A stretch of DNA of 64,000 nt from an uncultured Solirubrobacteraceae bacterium (lineage in GTDB: Bacteria > Actinomycetota > Thermoleophilia > Solirubrobacterales > Solirubrobacteraceae), in the NCBI GenBank assembly GCA_963807275.1, contig CAWDZX010000001.1:1614724-1678723 (forward strand), read 5' to 3'. Of this stretch, positions 38,031 to 47,461 are shown one piece after another. Position 1 is the first letter of the stretch. Each line of letters begins with the position of its first letter. A program made the position numbers and the translations under genes. The notes under the pieces were generated by a model that was not told where the DNA came from, did no database searches, and saw nothing but the letters and a program-made list of their open reading frames with translations.

Positions 38031-38531
38031 TCAGGCTGGGGCCAGCAGACGCTCGACCGCTGCTGCCGCCTCTTCTACCCACGCCTCCTCCCCATCTGCG
38101 CCGTCCGTCCCGAGCAGCGCCATCGGGATCGCGTTGAGCTCCGTCAGCGTCCTGACGAGCCGCTCGCCCTCGGCGAGCGCGTCCGCCGGCACGTGCCCCG
38201 GCGTCGCGTCGTAGATCAAGCCGCGCACCGTCGTGTCGATCGCCTGCGTGAGGAAGAACTCCAGGCGCGATCCGTGCAGCGCCCGCACAGCGTCCGGCTC
38301 GCCGTGCGCGCCCGCGAGCATCCAGCACGCGATCGTCACGTTCGCAAGCGCCCCGCGTAGCGTCGCGAGGCGGTCAGGCGTGCCGATCCAGCACTCCGCG
38401 CCCGCCTGCTCGATCGCCGCGCGGCCCGCCTCGGTGCGCGTCGTGACGCGCACCGCGTGCCCGCTCTCGCTCATCCGCGCCGCGAAGCGCCTGCCTCTGC
38501 TGCCGCCGCCGACGATCAGGATTCGTGCCAC
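38031..38531 (-). CDS. Rossmann-fold (NAD(P)-binding-like) hypothetical protein
   Basis: RILIVGGGSRG...VRVTTR; TAAGAT -10 lies 8 nt upstream. Confidence 0.7.
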   Translation of the reverse strand: MARILIVGGGSRGRRFAARMSESGHAVRVTTRTEAGRAAIEQAGAECWIGTPDRLATLRGALANVTIACWMLAGAHGEPDAVRALHGSRLEFFLTQAIDTTVRGLIYDATPGHVPADALAEGERLVRTLTELNAIPMALLGTDGADGEEAWVEEAAAAVERLLAPA

Positions 38532-38581
38532 GCGGCGGCATCTTATGCGTGGCCCCTCACAGGTCGCCTATCATCGCCGCC

Positions 38582-39967
38582 GTGGCGAGCGACGTCGTAA
38601 CCATGGAGAAGATCGTCGCGCTGTGCAAGCGGCGCGGCTTCGTCTTCCCCTCCTCTGAGATCTACGGCGGCGTCGGCTCGACGTACGACTTCGGCCATTA
38701 CGGCGTGCTGTTGAAGGGCAACGTCAAGGGCGAGTGGTGGCGCGCGATGATCACCGAGCGCGACGACATCGTCGCGATCGACTCCGCGATCCTGCAGCAC
38801 CCGCGCGTGTGGGAGGCCTCCGGGCACCTCGAAGGCTTCACCGACCCGCTCGTCGACTGCAAGACGTGCGGCAAGCGCTATCGCGCCGACCATCTCGGAG
38901 AGCTCGAGTGCGGGCGCAAACCGTCGAAGCACCCCGGCGAAGCCGATGAGTGCGAGCTGACCGAGGCGCGCGACTTCAACCTGATGTTCGAGACGACGAT
39001 CGGGCCCGTCAAGGAGTCCGGCTCGGTCGCCTACCTGCGCCCCGAGACCGCGCAGGGCATCTTCATCAACTTCAAGAACGTGCTGCAGTTCGCGCGCAAG
39101 AAGCCGCCGTTCGGGATCGCGCAGGTCGGCAAGTCGTTCCGCAACGAGATCACGCCCGGCAACTTCATCTTCCGCACGCGCGAGTTCGAGCAGATGGAGA
39201 TGGAGTTCTTCGTGGCGCCCGAGGAGGCGCAGCACTGGTTCGAGCACTGGCTCGCCGAGCGCGAGCTGTGGTACACGGGCCTTGGCATCCGCCCCGACCA
39301 CCTGCGCCTGCGCGCGCACGACGCCGACGAGCTCTCGCACTACTCCTCCGGCACGAGCGACGTCGAATACCTCTTTCCGATCGGCTGGTCCGAGCTCGAG
39401 GGGATCGCCAACCGCGGCGACTTCGACCTCTCGCGCCACGCCGAGTTCTCCGGCGAGAAGCTCGAGTACTTCGACCAGGGAAGCGGCCAGCGCTACGTCC
39501 CGCACGTGATCGAGCCCGCCGCCGGCGCCGACCGCGCGACGCTCGCGTTCCTCGTCGACGCCTACGACGAGGAAGTCGTCGAAGGCGAGGGTGCCGGCGA
39601 CGGCGAGTTGCGCACCGTGCTGCGGCTGCACCCGCGCCTCGCGCCCGTCAAGGCCGCGATCCTGCCGCTCGTCAAGAAGGACGGCCAGCCCGAGCTCGCG
39701 CACGAGGTTCACCGTGCCGTGCGCAGCGTCGTGCAGGCCGAGTACGACGAGGGCGGTTCGATCGGCAAGCGCTATCGCCGCCAGGACGAGATCGGCACGC
39801 CGTTCTGCTTGACCGTCGACCACCAGAGCGTCAGCGACCGGACGGTCACGCTGAGGGATCGCGACTCGCTCGCGCAGGAGCGCATCCCGATCGAGGGGAT
39901 CGCGGAGGAGATCGAGCGGCGAGTGACAGCGCCGTGGACTACGCCAAAGCTAACCCAGGAGGGATGA
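38582..39967 (+). CDS. glyQS: Glycine--tRNA ligase (alpha2, GlyQS type)
   Basis: LCKRRGFVFPSSEIYGG, YLRPETAQGIF, GKSFRNEITPGNFIFRTREFEQME, IGKRYRRQDEIGTP; TATCAT -10 lies 7 nt before GTG 38582. Confidence 0.97.
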   Translation: MASDVVTMEKIVALCKRRGFVFPSSEIYGGVGSTYDFGHYGVLLKGNVKGEWWRAMITERDDIVAIDSAILQHPRVWEASGHLEGFTDPLVDCKTCGKRYRADHLGELECGRKPSKHPGEADECELTEARDFNLMFETTIGPVKESGSVAYLRPETAQGIFINFKNVLQFARKKPPFGIAQVGKSFRNEITPGNFIFRTREFEQMEMEFFVAPEEAQHWFEHWLAERELWYTGLGIRPDHLRLRAHDADELSHYSSGTSDVEYLFPIGWSELEGIANRGDFDLSRHAEFSGEKLEYFDQGSGQRYVPHVIEPAAGADRATLAFLVDAYDEEVVEGEGAGDGELRTVLRLHPRLAPVKAAILPLVKKDGQPELAHEVHRAVRSVVQAEYDEGGSIGKRYRRQDEIGTPFCLTVDHQSVSDRTVTLRDRDSLAQERIPIEGIAEEIERRVTAPWTTPKLTQEG

Positions 39968-39968
39968 G

Positions 39969-41132
39969 ATGGATTTCGAGCTGAGCGACGAGCAGAAGCT
40001 GATCAAGGCCACCGCGCGCGAGTTCACCGACAAGGAGATCGTCTTGCAGTCGCGCGAAAACGCGCGCAACCACCACTTCGACACGGACCTCGTCGCGAAG
40101 ATCGCCGCGCAGGGCTACCTCGGCGCGATCGTGCCGGCCGAGTACGGCGGCGCCGGCCTCGATTACCTCTCCTACGGGCTGATCGTCGAGGAGATCGGCC
40201 GCGGCGACTCGGCGATCCGCACGGTCATCTCCGTGCAGACCTCGCTCGTCTGCTCGGGCATCCTCAAGTGGGGCACCGAGGAGCAGAAGAACAAGTACCT
40301 GCCAAAGCTCTGCTCCGGCGAGTGGCTCGGCTGCTTCGGGCTGACCGAGCCCGACACCGGCTCCGACGCGGCCAACCAGAAGACGCGCGCGAAGAAGACC
40401 GACAACGGCTGGGTGATCAACGGCGCGAAGATGTGGATCTCGATGGCCAACTACGCGAAGGTCGCGCTGATCTTCGCGCAGACCGACCCCGAGCTCGGCC
40501 ACAAAGGCCTCGCGTGCTTCATCGTCGACACCGACCAGCCAGGCTTCAAGACGCAGACGATCGAGCACAAGATGGGGCTGCACGCCTCCGACACCGCGTC
40601 GATCTCACTCGAAGACGTCGAGGTCTCCGACGAGGACGTGCTCGGCGAGGTCGGCCAGGGCTTCAAAGTCGCGATGTCGAACCTCGACTCGGGGCGCTAC
40701 TCCGTCGCGGCCGGCTGCGTCGGCATCTGCCAGGGCTGCGTCGACGAGTCCGTCAGCTACGCGAAGGAGCGCGAACAGTTCGGCCGCCCGATCGCGAGCT
40801 TCCAGCTCGTCCAGGCGATGATCGCCGACATGACCGTCAAGACCGAGGCCTCGCGGATGCTCGTCTGGCGCGCCGGCTGGCTGAAGGATCAAGGCCGCAA
40901 GAACACGCTCGAGACCTCGATCGCGAAGCTTCACGCCACCGAGGCCTCGCTCGAGTGCGCGAACATGGCGATCCAGGTGCACGGCGGCGCCGGCTACGTC
41001 GACGACCACCCCGTCGAGCGCTACTTCCGCGACGCCCGTGTGACGACGCTGTACGAGGGCACCTCGCAGATCCAGAAACTGATCATCGGTCGCGAAATGA
41101 CCGGCATCGGCGCGATGGTCCCGACCGCCTGA
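39969..41132 (+). CDS. Acyl-CoA dehydrogenase
   Basis: CFGLTEPDTGSDA, NGAKMWIS, GRYSVAA, REQFGRPIASFQ, YEGTSQIQ. Confidence 0.95.
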   Translation: MDFELSDEQKLIKATAREFTDKEIVLQSRENARNHHFDTDLVAKIAAQGYLGAIVPAEYGGAGLDYLSYGLIVEEIGRGDSAIRTVISVQTSLVCSGILKWGTEEQKNKYLPKLCSGEWLGCFGLTEPDTGSDAANQKTRAKKTDNGWVINGAKMWISMANYAKVALIFAQTDPELGHKGLACFIVDTDQPGFKTQTIEHKMGLHASDTASISLEDVEVSDEDVLGEVGQGFKVAMSNLDSGRYSVAAGCVGICQGCVDESVSYAKEREQFGRPIASFQLVQAMIADMTVKTEASRMLVWRAGWLKDQGRKNTLETSIAKLHATEASLECANMAIQVHGGAGYVDDHPVERYFRDARVTTLYEGTSQIQKLIIGREMTGIGAMVPTA

Positions 41133-41150
41133 GCGGCCGAGGAGATCGCC

Positions 41151-42860
41151 ATGTTCGCTGCTGAGGATGTCCTGAAGTCCGGCGGGGCCGGGTCCGCTCG
41201 CGCCGCGACCGTGATCGGCGTGCTCGGCGCCGGCACGATGGGCTCCGGCATCGCACAGCTCGCCGCGCGCTCCGGCGCGCGGACGCTGCTGCACGACCCG
41301 CTGCCGGAGGCGCTCGAGAAGGGGCTCGAGCGCGCGCGCGACGGCTTGCGCAAAGAAGCCGCGAAGGGCAAGCTGAGCGAGGCCGACGCCGAGGCCGCGA
41401 GCGCGCGCCTCGAGGCAGTCGAGGACATGTCCGCGCTCGCGCCGTGCGAGCTCGTGATCGAGGCCGTCCCCGAGCGGATCGACCTGAAGCACGCGATCTA
41501 CGCGCAGCTCTCGGAGATCGTCTCCGCGGACTGCGTGCTCGCGAGCAACACCTCCTCGCTGCTCGTCACCGCGCTCGGGCCGGCCGCGAGCAACCCCGAG
41601 CGCGTCGTCGGCATGCACTTCTTCAACCCCGCGCCGCTGATGAAGCTGCTCGAGGTCGTCGCCGGCGAGCAGTCCTCCGAGATCGCGCTCGGAGTTGCGC
41701 ATGCGACGGGCGAGGCGATGGGCAAGACCGTGATCCGCGCGAGCGACGGGCCCGGCTTCCTCGTCAACCGCTCGAACCGGCCGTTCGGCCTGGAGGCGCT
41801 GCGGCTCTTGCAGGAGCGCATCGCCGACGTCGAGACGATCGACCGCATCTGCCGCATGGAGGGCCGCTTTCGGATGGGCCCGTTCGAGCTGATGGACCTC
41901 GTCGGCGTCGACGTCGGCTTCGAGATCTCCCAGAGCTTCTACGCGCAGAGCTTCGGCGAGCCGCGCTGGCGGCCGTCGCCGATCGCCGCGCGCTACGTCG
42001 CCGCCGGCCTGCACGGGCGCAAGGCCGGGCGCGGCTACTACACCTACCCGCCGAAGGACGCCGACGGCAAAGCCGTGGCCTATCGCGACGCCGATCCCGA
42101 CCCGAGCGAGGCGCAAGCGCCCGGCGGCGGCGAAGGCGTCGTCGTGATCTCGGGCTCCGGCAGCGTCGCGGCCGACCTGCGCGATGCCGCCGCTGACGCC
42201 GGCTATGAGGTGCGCTCGCCCGAGGAGAAGACCGGCGGCGTGCTGCCGGCGCTGATCGTCGAGTGCGACCGCGAGCCGGCGAGCGCAGCCGAGGTCGCGG
42301 CCGTCGCGAGCGACCCCGTCGAGACGAACGAGCACGCGCAGGGCGGCGCGCACCTCGTGCTCTGCCAGGCCGGCTCGCTCGGCGCGCTCGACCCGCGCGG
42401 CAGCGCCGTCGGATTTCACGTGCTCGGCCCGCTCGCGCAGGCGCAGCTCGTCGAGCTGACGCGCAACGAGAGCTCCTCGCCGCTCGCCGCCGCGCGCGCC
42501 GAGCGCTTCTTCGCCGTGCTCGGCAAGCACGTCGAGTGGGTCGGCGACGCGCCCGGGCTCGTGCTCGGGCGGATCGTCTGCCAGGTGATCAACGAGTGCG
42601 CGTTCTCCTTCGGCGAAGGCGTCGGCGACGCGCACGACATCGACACCGGCATGGTGCTCGGCCTGAGCTACCCGCGCGGGCCGCTCGACTGGGCCGACGA
42701 GATCGGCCTGGACACCGTTATCGCCGTGCTCGAGGCGCTCTGCGCGGAGTACCGCGAGGAGCGCTACCGCCCCGCGCCGGCGCTGCGCGCGCTCGTGCAG
42801 GCCGGGCGGCTCGGGCGCGCGACCGGTGCCGGGTTCTTCGACTACGGCGGCGCCGACTGA
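41151..42860 (+). CDS. 3-hydroxyacyl-CoA dehydrogenase (PaaH-like, duplicated C-terminal domain)
   Basis: GVLGAGTMGSGIA, SNTSSL, GMHFFNP, PGFLVNR, MGPFELMD, YPRGPLDWAD. Confidence 0.92.
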   Translation: MFAAEDVLKSGGAGSARAATVIGVLGAGTMGSGIAQLAARSGARTLLHDPLPEALEKGLERARDGLRKEAAKGKLSEADAEAASARLEAVEDMSALAPCELVIEAVPERIDLKHAIYAQLSEIVSADCVLASNTSSLLVTALGPAASNPERVVGMHFFNPAPLMKLLEVVAGEQSSEIALGVAHATGEAMGKTVIRASDGPGFLVNRSNRPFGLEALRLLQERIADVETIDRICRMEGRFRMGPFELMDLVGVDVGFEISQSFYAQSFGEPRWRPSPIAARYVAAGLHGRKAGRGYYTYPPKDADGKAVAYRDADPDPSEAQAPGGGEGVVVISGSGSVAADLRDAAADAGYEVRSPEEKTGGVLPALIVECDREPASAAEVAAVASDPVETNEHAQGGAHLVLCQAGSLGALDPRGSAVGFHVLGPLAQAQLVELTRNESSSPLAAARAERFFAVLGKHVEWVGDAPGLVLGRIVCQVINECAFSFGEGVGDAHDIDTGMVLGLSYPRGPLDWADEIGLDTVIAVLEALCAEYREERYRPAPALRALVQAGRLGRATGAGFFDYGGAD

Positions 42861-42927
42861 CACGGCGAGCAGAGCGGCGGCGCTTGGCGGCGTCTCACGT
42901 TCCGGCGCCCGTGCGCGTTCTACTCAC

Positions 42928-43446
42928 ATGAGCGCGCAGCTGCCCCCGTTTCAACGCTTCCTCGACGAGCAGCGCGACGTCGTCTGGCGGCTGCTCGTCT
43001 CCTCCGTCGGAAGCGCCGAGGCCGAGGACTGCTTCCAGGAGACGTTCATCGCTGCGCTGCGCGCCTATCCAGAGCTGCGGCCCGGCTCGAACCTGCGCGC
43101 GTGGGTGCTGACGATCGCCCAGCGCAAGGCGATCGACGTGCATCGAGCGCGAGCTCGCCGCGCGCTGCCGGTCGCCGATCCGAGCGAGGCCGAGGCGCGC
43201 AACGGCGCCTCGCCGGGCAGCGGCCGCGCACCGAGCACGAGCGAGCAGGCAGCTCCGGCGCACGACGAGGCGCTGTGGCGCGCCGTCGGTGAGCTGCCCG
43301 AGCGCCAGCGCTCGGCCGTCGTGCTGCGCTTCGTCGCCGACATGCGTCATCGCGAGATCGCCGAGTCGATCGGCTGCTCCGAGGAGGCCGCGCGCAGCTC
43401 GCTGCGCGAGGGATTGAACAAGCTGAGGAAGGTGGTCGAGGTATGA
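42928..43446 (+). CDS. ECF RNA polymerase sigma factor
   Basis: AEDCFQETFIAAL...LRAWVLTIA.RKAID region 2; LPERQRSAVVLRF...EIAESIG region 4. Confidence 0.92.
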   Translation: MSAQLPPFQRFLDEQRDVVWRLLVSSVGSAEAEDCFQETFIAALRAYPELRPGSNLRAWVLTIAQRKAIDVHRARARRALPVADPSEAEARNGASPGSGRAPSTSEQAAPAHDEALWRAVGELPERQRSAVVLRFVADMRHREIAESIGCSEEAARSSLREGLNKLRKVVEV

Positions 43447-44126
43447 AGACGCAAGCGACACACGATCCAGGTCGGAGCGTCGAGGTCGCGCTGCGGCGCA
43501 GCCGCGAGCACGTCGCCGGCGATGCGGCAGCGGCTGCGCGGCGGCTCGCCGCGCGCATCGCCGAGCAGCGCCTCGCCGACGTCAGCTACGCATCGCTCGA
43601 CTCACCGTTCGGCGAGCTGACCGTCGCCGCGACCGAGCGCGGGCTCGTGCGGCTGGCGTTTCCCGAGGAGGGCCGCGACGCCGTGCTCGAGCGCCTCGCG
43701 GCGCGGATCTCGCCGCGGATCGTCGAAGCGCCGGCGCCGCTCGACTCGATCCGCCGCGAGCTCGAGGAGTACTTCGCCGGGCGCAGGCGGCAATTCGAGC
43801 TGCCACTCGACTGGACGCTCGTCGGCCCGTTCGGCCGGCGCGTGCTGCGTGCGGCCTCGGCGATCCCCTACGGCCGCGTGCTCAGCTACACGCAGGTCGC
43901 CACCGAGGCCGGCAGCCGGCGCGGCTCGCGCGCCGCCGGCAACGCGCTCGGCTCGAACCCGATCCCGATCGTCGTGCCGTGCCATCGCGTGCTGCGCAGC
44001 GGCGGCGCGCTCGGCGGGTATGCCGGTGGGCTCGAGCGCAAGCAGTGGCTGCTGGAGCTTGAGGGCGCGATCGCGCCCGCCGATCCGCTGCCTGGCCAGA
44101 CGGCTAGGCCCGGCCGCCGCGACTAG
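43443..44126 (+). CDS. ogt: Methylated-DNA--protein-cysteine methyltransferase
   Basis: IPYGRVLSY, RAAGNALGSNPIPIVVPCHRV active site, KQWLLELEG; overlaps the sigma stop codon. Confidence 0.95.
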   Translation: MKTQATHDPGRSVEVALRRSREHVAGDAAAAARRLAARIAEQRLADVSYASLDSPFGELTVAATERGLVRLAFPEEGRDAVLERLAARISPRIVEAPAPLDSIRRELEEYFAGRRRQFELPLDWTLVGPFGRRVLRAASAIPYGRVLSYTQVATEAGSRRGSRAAGNALGSNPIPIVVPCHRVLRSGGALGGYAGGLERKQWLLELEGAIAPADPLPGQTARPGRRD

Positions 44127-44141
44127 GCGCGGCCGTCTCGG

Positions 44142-45182
44142 CTACGAGCTGGCTGTCTCGGCAGCAGCCGGCTCGGGCGCCGGCGCGGCCCACTGCGCCT
44201 CGGCGAGGTCGCCCTCGGGCATGCCTGCGGGCGTCGGCACCTCGGGCGTGTCGCGCAGGTACCACTCGGCGTCGAGCGCCGCCTCGCATCCGGACGCGGC
44301 CGCCGTGATCGCCTGGCGGTAGGTGTGGTCGACGAGATCGCCCGCCGCGAACACGCCCGGCCGGTTCGTCCGCGTCGACTTGCCCTCGGTCTTCACGTAG
44401 CCCTCGTCGTCGACGTCGATCTGCCCGTCGACGATCGCCGACTGCGGCTCGTGGCCGATCGCGATGAACGCGCCCGAGACGGGCAGGTCGCGCAGCTCGC
44501 CCGTCTCGGTGTTCTTCAGCTCGGCGTGGCCGAGCGCGCCGTTCTCGCCGGCGACGAACTCGTTGACGGTGTACGGCGTGAGCAGCTCGATGTTCTCCTG
44601 CGCGCGGGCACGCTCGAGCATGATCTTCGAAGCGCGGAAGTCCGCGCGGCGATGCACGACGGTGACCTTCGACGCGAACTTCGAGAGGAAGATCGCCTCC
44701 TCCATCGCCGAGTCGCCGCCACCGACGATGACCGTCTGCGCGCCGCCGAAGAAGGCCGCGTCGCACGTCGCGCAGTAGCTGACGCCGCGTCCAGAAAGCT
44801 CGTCCTCGCCCGGCACGCACAGTTTCTTGTGCTCCGCGCCCATCGCCAGGACGACCGTGCGTGTGCGGTACTCGGTGTCTCCGACCCACACGCGGTGAAT
44901 GCCGCCGGGCTCGTTCGCGAGCTCGACGCGATCGACGTCCTCCGTCTCCAGGCGCGCGCCGAAACGCTCGGCCTGGTCGCGGAACTTCTGCATGATCTCC
45001 GGGCCCATGATGCCCTCGGGGAAGCCCGGGAAGTTCTCGACGTCGGTCGTCTGCTGAAGCAGCCCGCCCCAGGCGAAGCCCTCGAACACGAGCGGGCTCA
45101 GGTTGGCCCGCGCCGTGTACAGCGCCGCCGTGTAGCCGGCCGGGCCGCTGCCGACGATGATCACGTTCTCGATGTCGCTCAT
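44142..45182 (-). CDS. trxB: Thioredoxin reductase
   Basis: IIVGSGPAGYTAA, CATCD redox motif, VGGGDSAMEEA, FAAGD...YRQAITAA. Confidence 0.97.
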   Translation of the reverse strand: MSDIENVIIVGSGPAGYTAALYTARANLSPLVFEGFAWGGLLQQTTDVENFPGFPEGIMGPEIMQKFRDQAERFGARLETEDVDRVELANEPGGIHRVWVGDTEYRTRTVVLAMGAEHKKLCVPGEDELSGRGVSYCATCDAAFFGGAQTVIVGGGDSAMEEAIFLSKFASKVTVVHRRADFRASKIMLERARAQENIELLTPYTVNEFVAGENGALGHAELKNTETGELRDLPVSGAFIAIGHEPQSAIVDGQIDVDDEGYVKTEGKSTRTNRPGVFAAGDLVDHTYRQAITAAASGCEAALDAEWYLRDTPEVPTPAGMPEGDLAEAQWAAPAPEPAAAETASS

Positions 45183-45210
45183 CTGCTCTCCAATCGAGTC
45201 CTCAAAAGGT

Positions 45211-45230
45211 ACTTCACAAAGTAAAGTATA
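45211..45230 (-). promoter_or_regulatory. trxB promoter -10 (TATACT) overlapped by a 7-3-7 inverted repeat
   Basis: ACTTCAC-AAA-GTAAAGT (45211-45227, one mismatch) overlaps AGTATA (TATACT on the minus strand). Confidence 0.5.
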
Positions 45231-45255
45231 GCGTTGCCATAGGGTCCTGTATAGC

Positions 45256-46437
45256 TCATCCGGCTCCGACCGCCCCGGCGGTCCCGACCGAGCCGGCGTG
45301 CAGCTCGCCGGTGCCGTGCGGCTCTTCCTCTTCGCGCCAGTGCGCGACCGTGCGCCGCAGCCGCAGGTAGGCGATCGCGCCCGGCACGGTCGGCAGCCAG
45401 AACGAGATCCCGCGATAGGCGATCACGGCGAGCACCGAGAGGTGGAAGTCGACGCCGAAGGCCGCGAACGCGCCGATCATGCCGCCTTCCACGCCGCCGA
45501 TGCCGCCGGGCAGCGGCACGAGGTTCCCGAGCGTGCCGACGAAGTAGGCCATCCAGATGACCGTGAACGGCGGCGGTGAGCCGAACGCGTGGAACATCGC
45601 CCAAAGCACGCAGATGTCAAAGCCCCACCACGCGATCGCGCCGAGCAGGCCCGCGTTGCGCGAGCGGATCAGGTCGATCGCCGTGCGCACGCCGCTGGCC
45701 GCGAGCGCCGGCGCCGTCGCGACGCGCGCGAGCAGATGCGCGAAGCGCCCCGAGCCCGACGCACGCCGCTCCAGGCGCCGCTCGACGTCGCCCGGCAGCG
45801 CGGCGACCGCGCCGGCCACGGCCAGCAGCAGCGCCGCGACGATCGCCGGGACGAAGGTGATCGCGAACGATCCGCCGCCCGGGAACAGCCCCGTGCCGAG
45901 GCCGATGCCGTCGAGCAGCAGCGATCCGGCGTAGACGAGGTACAGCAGCACCGTGAACGCGACCATCCGGCAGGCAACGACGCGCGGCTCCATCCCCGAG
46001 CGCCGCAGCGCCCACGCGGTCAGCGCGATGCCGCCCGCGCCGGCGGCCGCGAACAGCCGCGTCGCGACGAGCCCGGCCATCGTGATGTCGTAGCTCTCCG
46101 ACCAGCCGATCCGGCCGTGCCCGCGCACGAACACGGCGCGGAACAGCGCGACGTAGCCGGCGAACGAGAGCATCTCGAAGACGACGCCGATCGCGATCCA
46201 CCAGCTGTCGCCGTGCTCGATCCGGTGCACCGTTTTGCCCACGTCCGTGAGCTTCGGCAGCACGAAGTAGAAGAACGCGACGACCGTCAGGACGAACAGG
46301 CCGAGCCCGATCGCGCGCCTGCGCGTGAAGACGACACGAGGCATCTCCTCGTCGCCCGCACGACTCCTCTCCCCGACCGGCACACCCGCCTCCACAGGCG
46401 CCTCTTCGGCCTCGTGATCCTCCAGCTGCTCGCTCAC
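45256..46437 (-). CDS. Lysylphosphatidylglycerol synthase TM-domain (UPF0104, flippase-like) protein
   Basis: GTG 46437 overlaps the PAP2 stop; AYFVGTLGNLVPLPGGIGGVEGGM...VLAVIAYRGISFWLP motif. Confidence 0.85.
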   Translation of the reverse strand: MSEQLEDHEAEEAPVEAGVPVGERSRAGDEEMPRVVFTRRRAIGLGLFVLTVVAFFYFVLPKLTDVGKTVHRIEHGDSWWIAIGVVFEMLSFAGYVALFRAVFVRGHGRIGWSESYDITMAGLVATRLFAAAGAGGIALTAWALRRSGMEPRVVACRMVAFTVLLYLVYAGSLLLDGIGLGTGLFPGGGSFAITFVPAIVAALLLAVAGAVAALPGDVERRLERRASGSGRFAHLLARVATAPALAASGVRTAIDLIRSRNAGLLGAIAWWGFDICVLWAMFHAFGSPPPFTVIWMAYFVGTLGNLVPLPGGIGGVEGGMIGAFAAFGVDFHLSVLAVIAYRGISFWLPTVPGAIAYLRLRRTVAHWREEEEPHGTGELHAGSVGTAGAVGAG

Positions 46438-47399
46438 GTGGCCACTCTGCCTCCCCCGTGCGCGACCGCCTCGAGCGCCCCCAGCGCGCGAGCGAAACGA
46501 GCCGCCGGCGGCGCGAAGCGCGGTGCGAGCCGCCGCACCCCGACAGTCAGCGCGGCGCCGGCGAGCAGATCGACGACGTAGTGCTCGCCGAGGTAGACGA
46601 GCGCGAAGCCGAGCGTCGCCGTGTAGGTCGCGCCGAGCGCGCCCGCGACCGGCCCCGCCTCCGCGAGCAGAAGCGCGGCCATCAGGGATGTGGCGAAGTG
46701 AAGCGACGGCATCGCAGCTAGGGGATTTCCCCCGAAGACACTGTAGAGCGGGCCCCAGCCGTCTCGCCAGAAGTGCTCGCCGTACTCGACCATCATCCGC
46801 CGCACCTCGGCGCCGTCGCGCCCGCCGCGCTCGTCGCCTTCGGCCGCGGCGAACCACGGCGGCGCGGTCGGCACGATCCAGTAGAAGCTCGCGCCGAGGT
46901 CGAACACCGCATACGTCAGCGCAGCGGCGCGCGGGAAGCGCGCCGGCTCGCGCACGAGCATGTACGCGACGGTCCCGTGCGGCACGAGGAACCACGCCCA
47001 GTGCGCCCAGACGAGCACGCGGTCGAGCGTGCGCCATTCGGCGCCGTCGGGGCCCACTCGCGCGAGCGCGCGCTGCAGGCGCACGCTCGGCAGCTCGCCG
47101 AGGCCGAGCACGCGGTCGGCGACGGCCGGATAGTCAAAGCGCGTCCGCCGGACCTGCTCGTCCGGATCGTCGTGCGGCGACTTGTAGGCCGCGAGGTACG
47201 CCCACATCTGCAGTGCGCAGACCCCGACGTCGCGCGTGCGCGAGGGGCGCATCGCGACGGACAGGCCGACCGGCGCGGCGAACGCGACGGCCTGCAGGGC
47301 GATCGGCGGCACCTGCACGCGCTTTCGCAGCAGCGGCGCCGCGGCGCCGGCGAGGACGATCCCCCAGGCGGTTGCTCGAATCGCGCTCGACCGCCGCAC
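46434..47399 (-). CDS. PAP2/AUR1-like (inositol phosphorylceramide synthase-like) membrane protein
   Basis: PTAPPW, AAMPSLHFA, LVYLGEHYVVD motifs; TATACT -10 lies 7 nt before the GTG. Confidence 0.85.
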   Translation of the reverse strand: MRRSSAIRATAWGIVLAGAAAPLLRKRVQVPPIALQAVAFAAPVGLSVAMRPSRTRDVGVCALQMWAYLAAYKSPHDDPDEQVRRTRFDYPAVADRVLGLGELPSVRLQRALARVGPDGAEWRTLDRVLVWAHWAWFLVPHGTVAYMLVREPARFPRAAALTYAVFDLGASFYWIVPTAPPWFAAAEGDERGGRDGAEVRRMMVEYGEHFWRDGWGPLYSVFGGNPLAAMPSLHFATSLMAALLLAEAGPVAGALGATYTATLGFALVYLGEHYVVDLLAGAALTVGVRRLAPRFAPPAARFARALGALEAVAHGGGRVAT

Positions 47400-47461
47400 T
47401 GGGCCGAGTATATGACCGGCCCCGGAGCGCCTCCGCGAGCGCCCGCGTGCCCGGCGCGGGC

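Noticed and set aside
38531-38603. T-box or glycine riboswitch upstream of glyQS
   Set aside because: The divergent intergenic gap is only about 50 nt, and the -10 lies 7 nt before the GTG (leaderless), leaving no room for a leader RNA.
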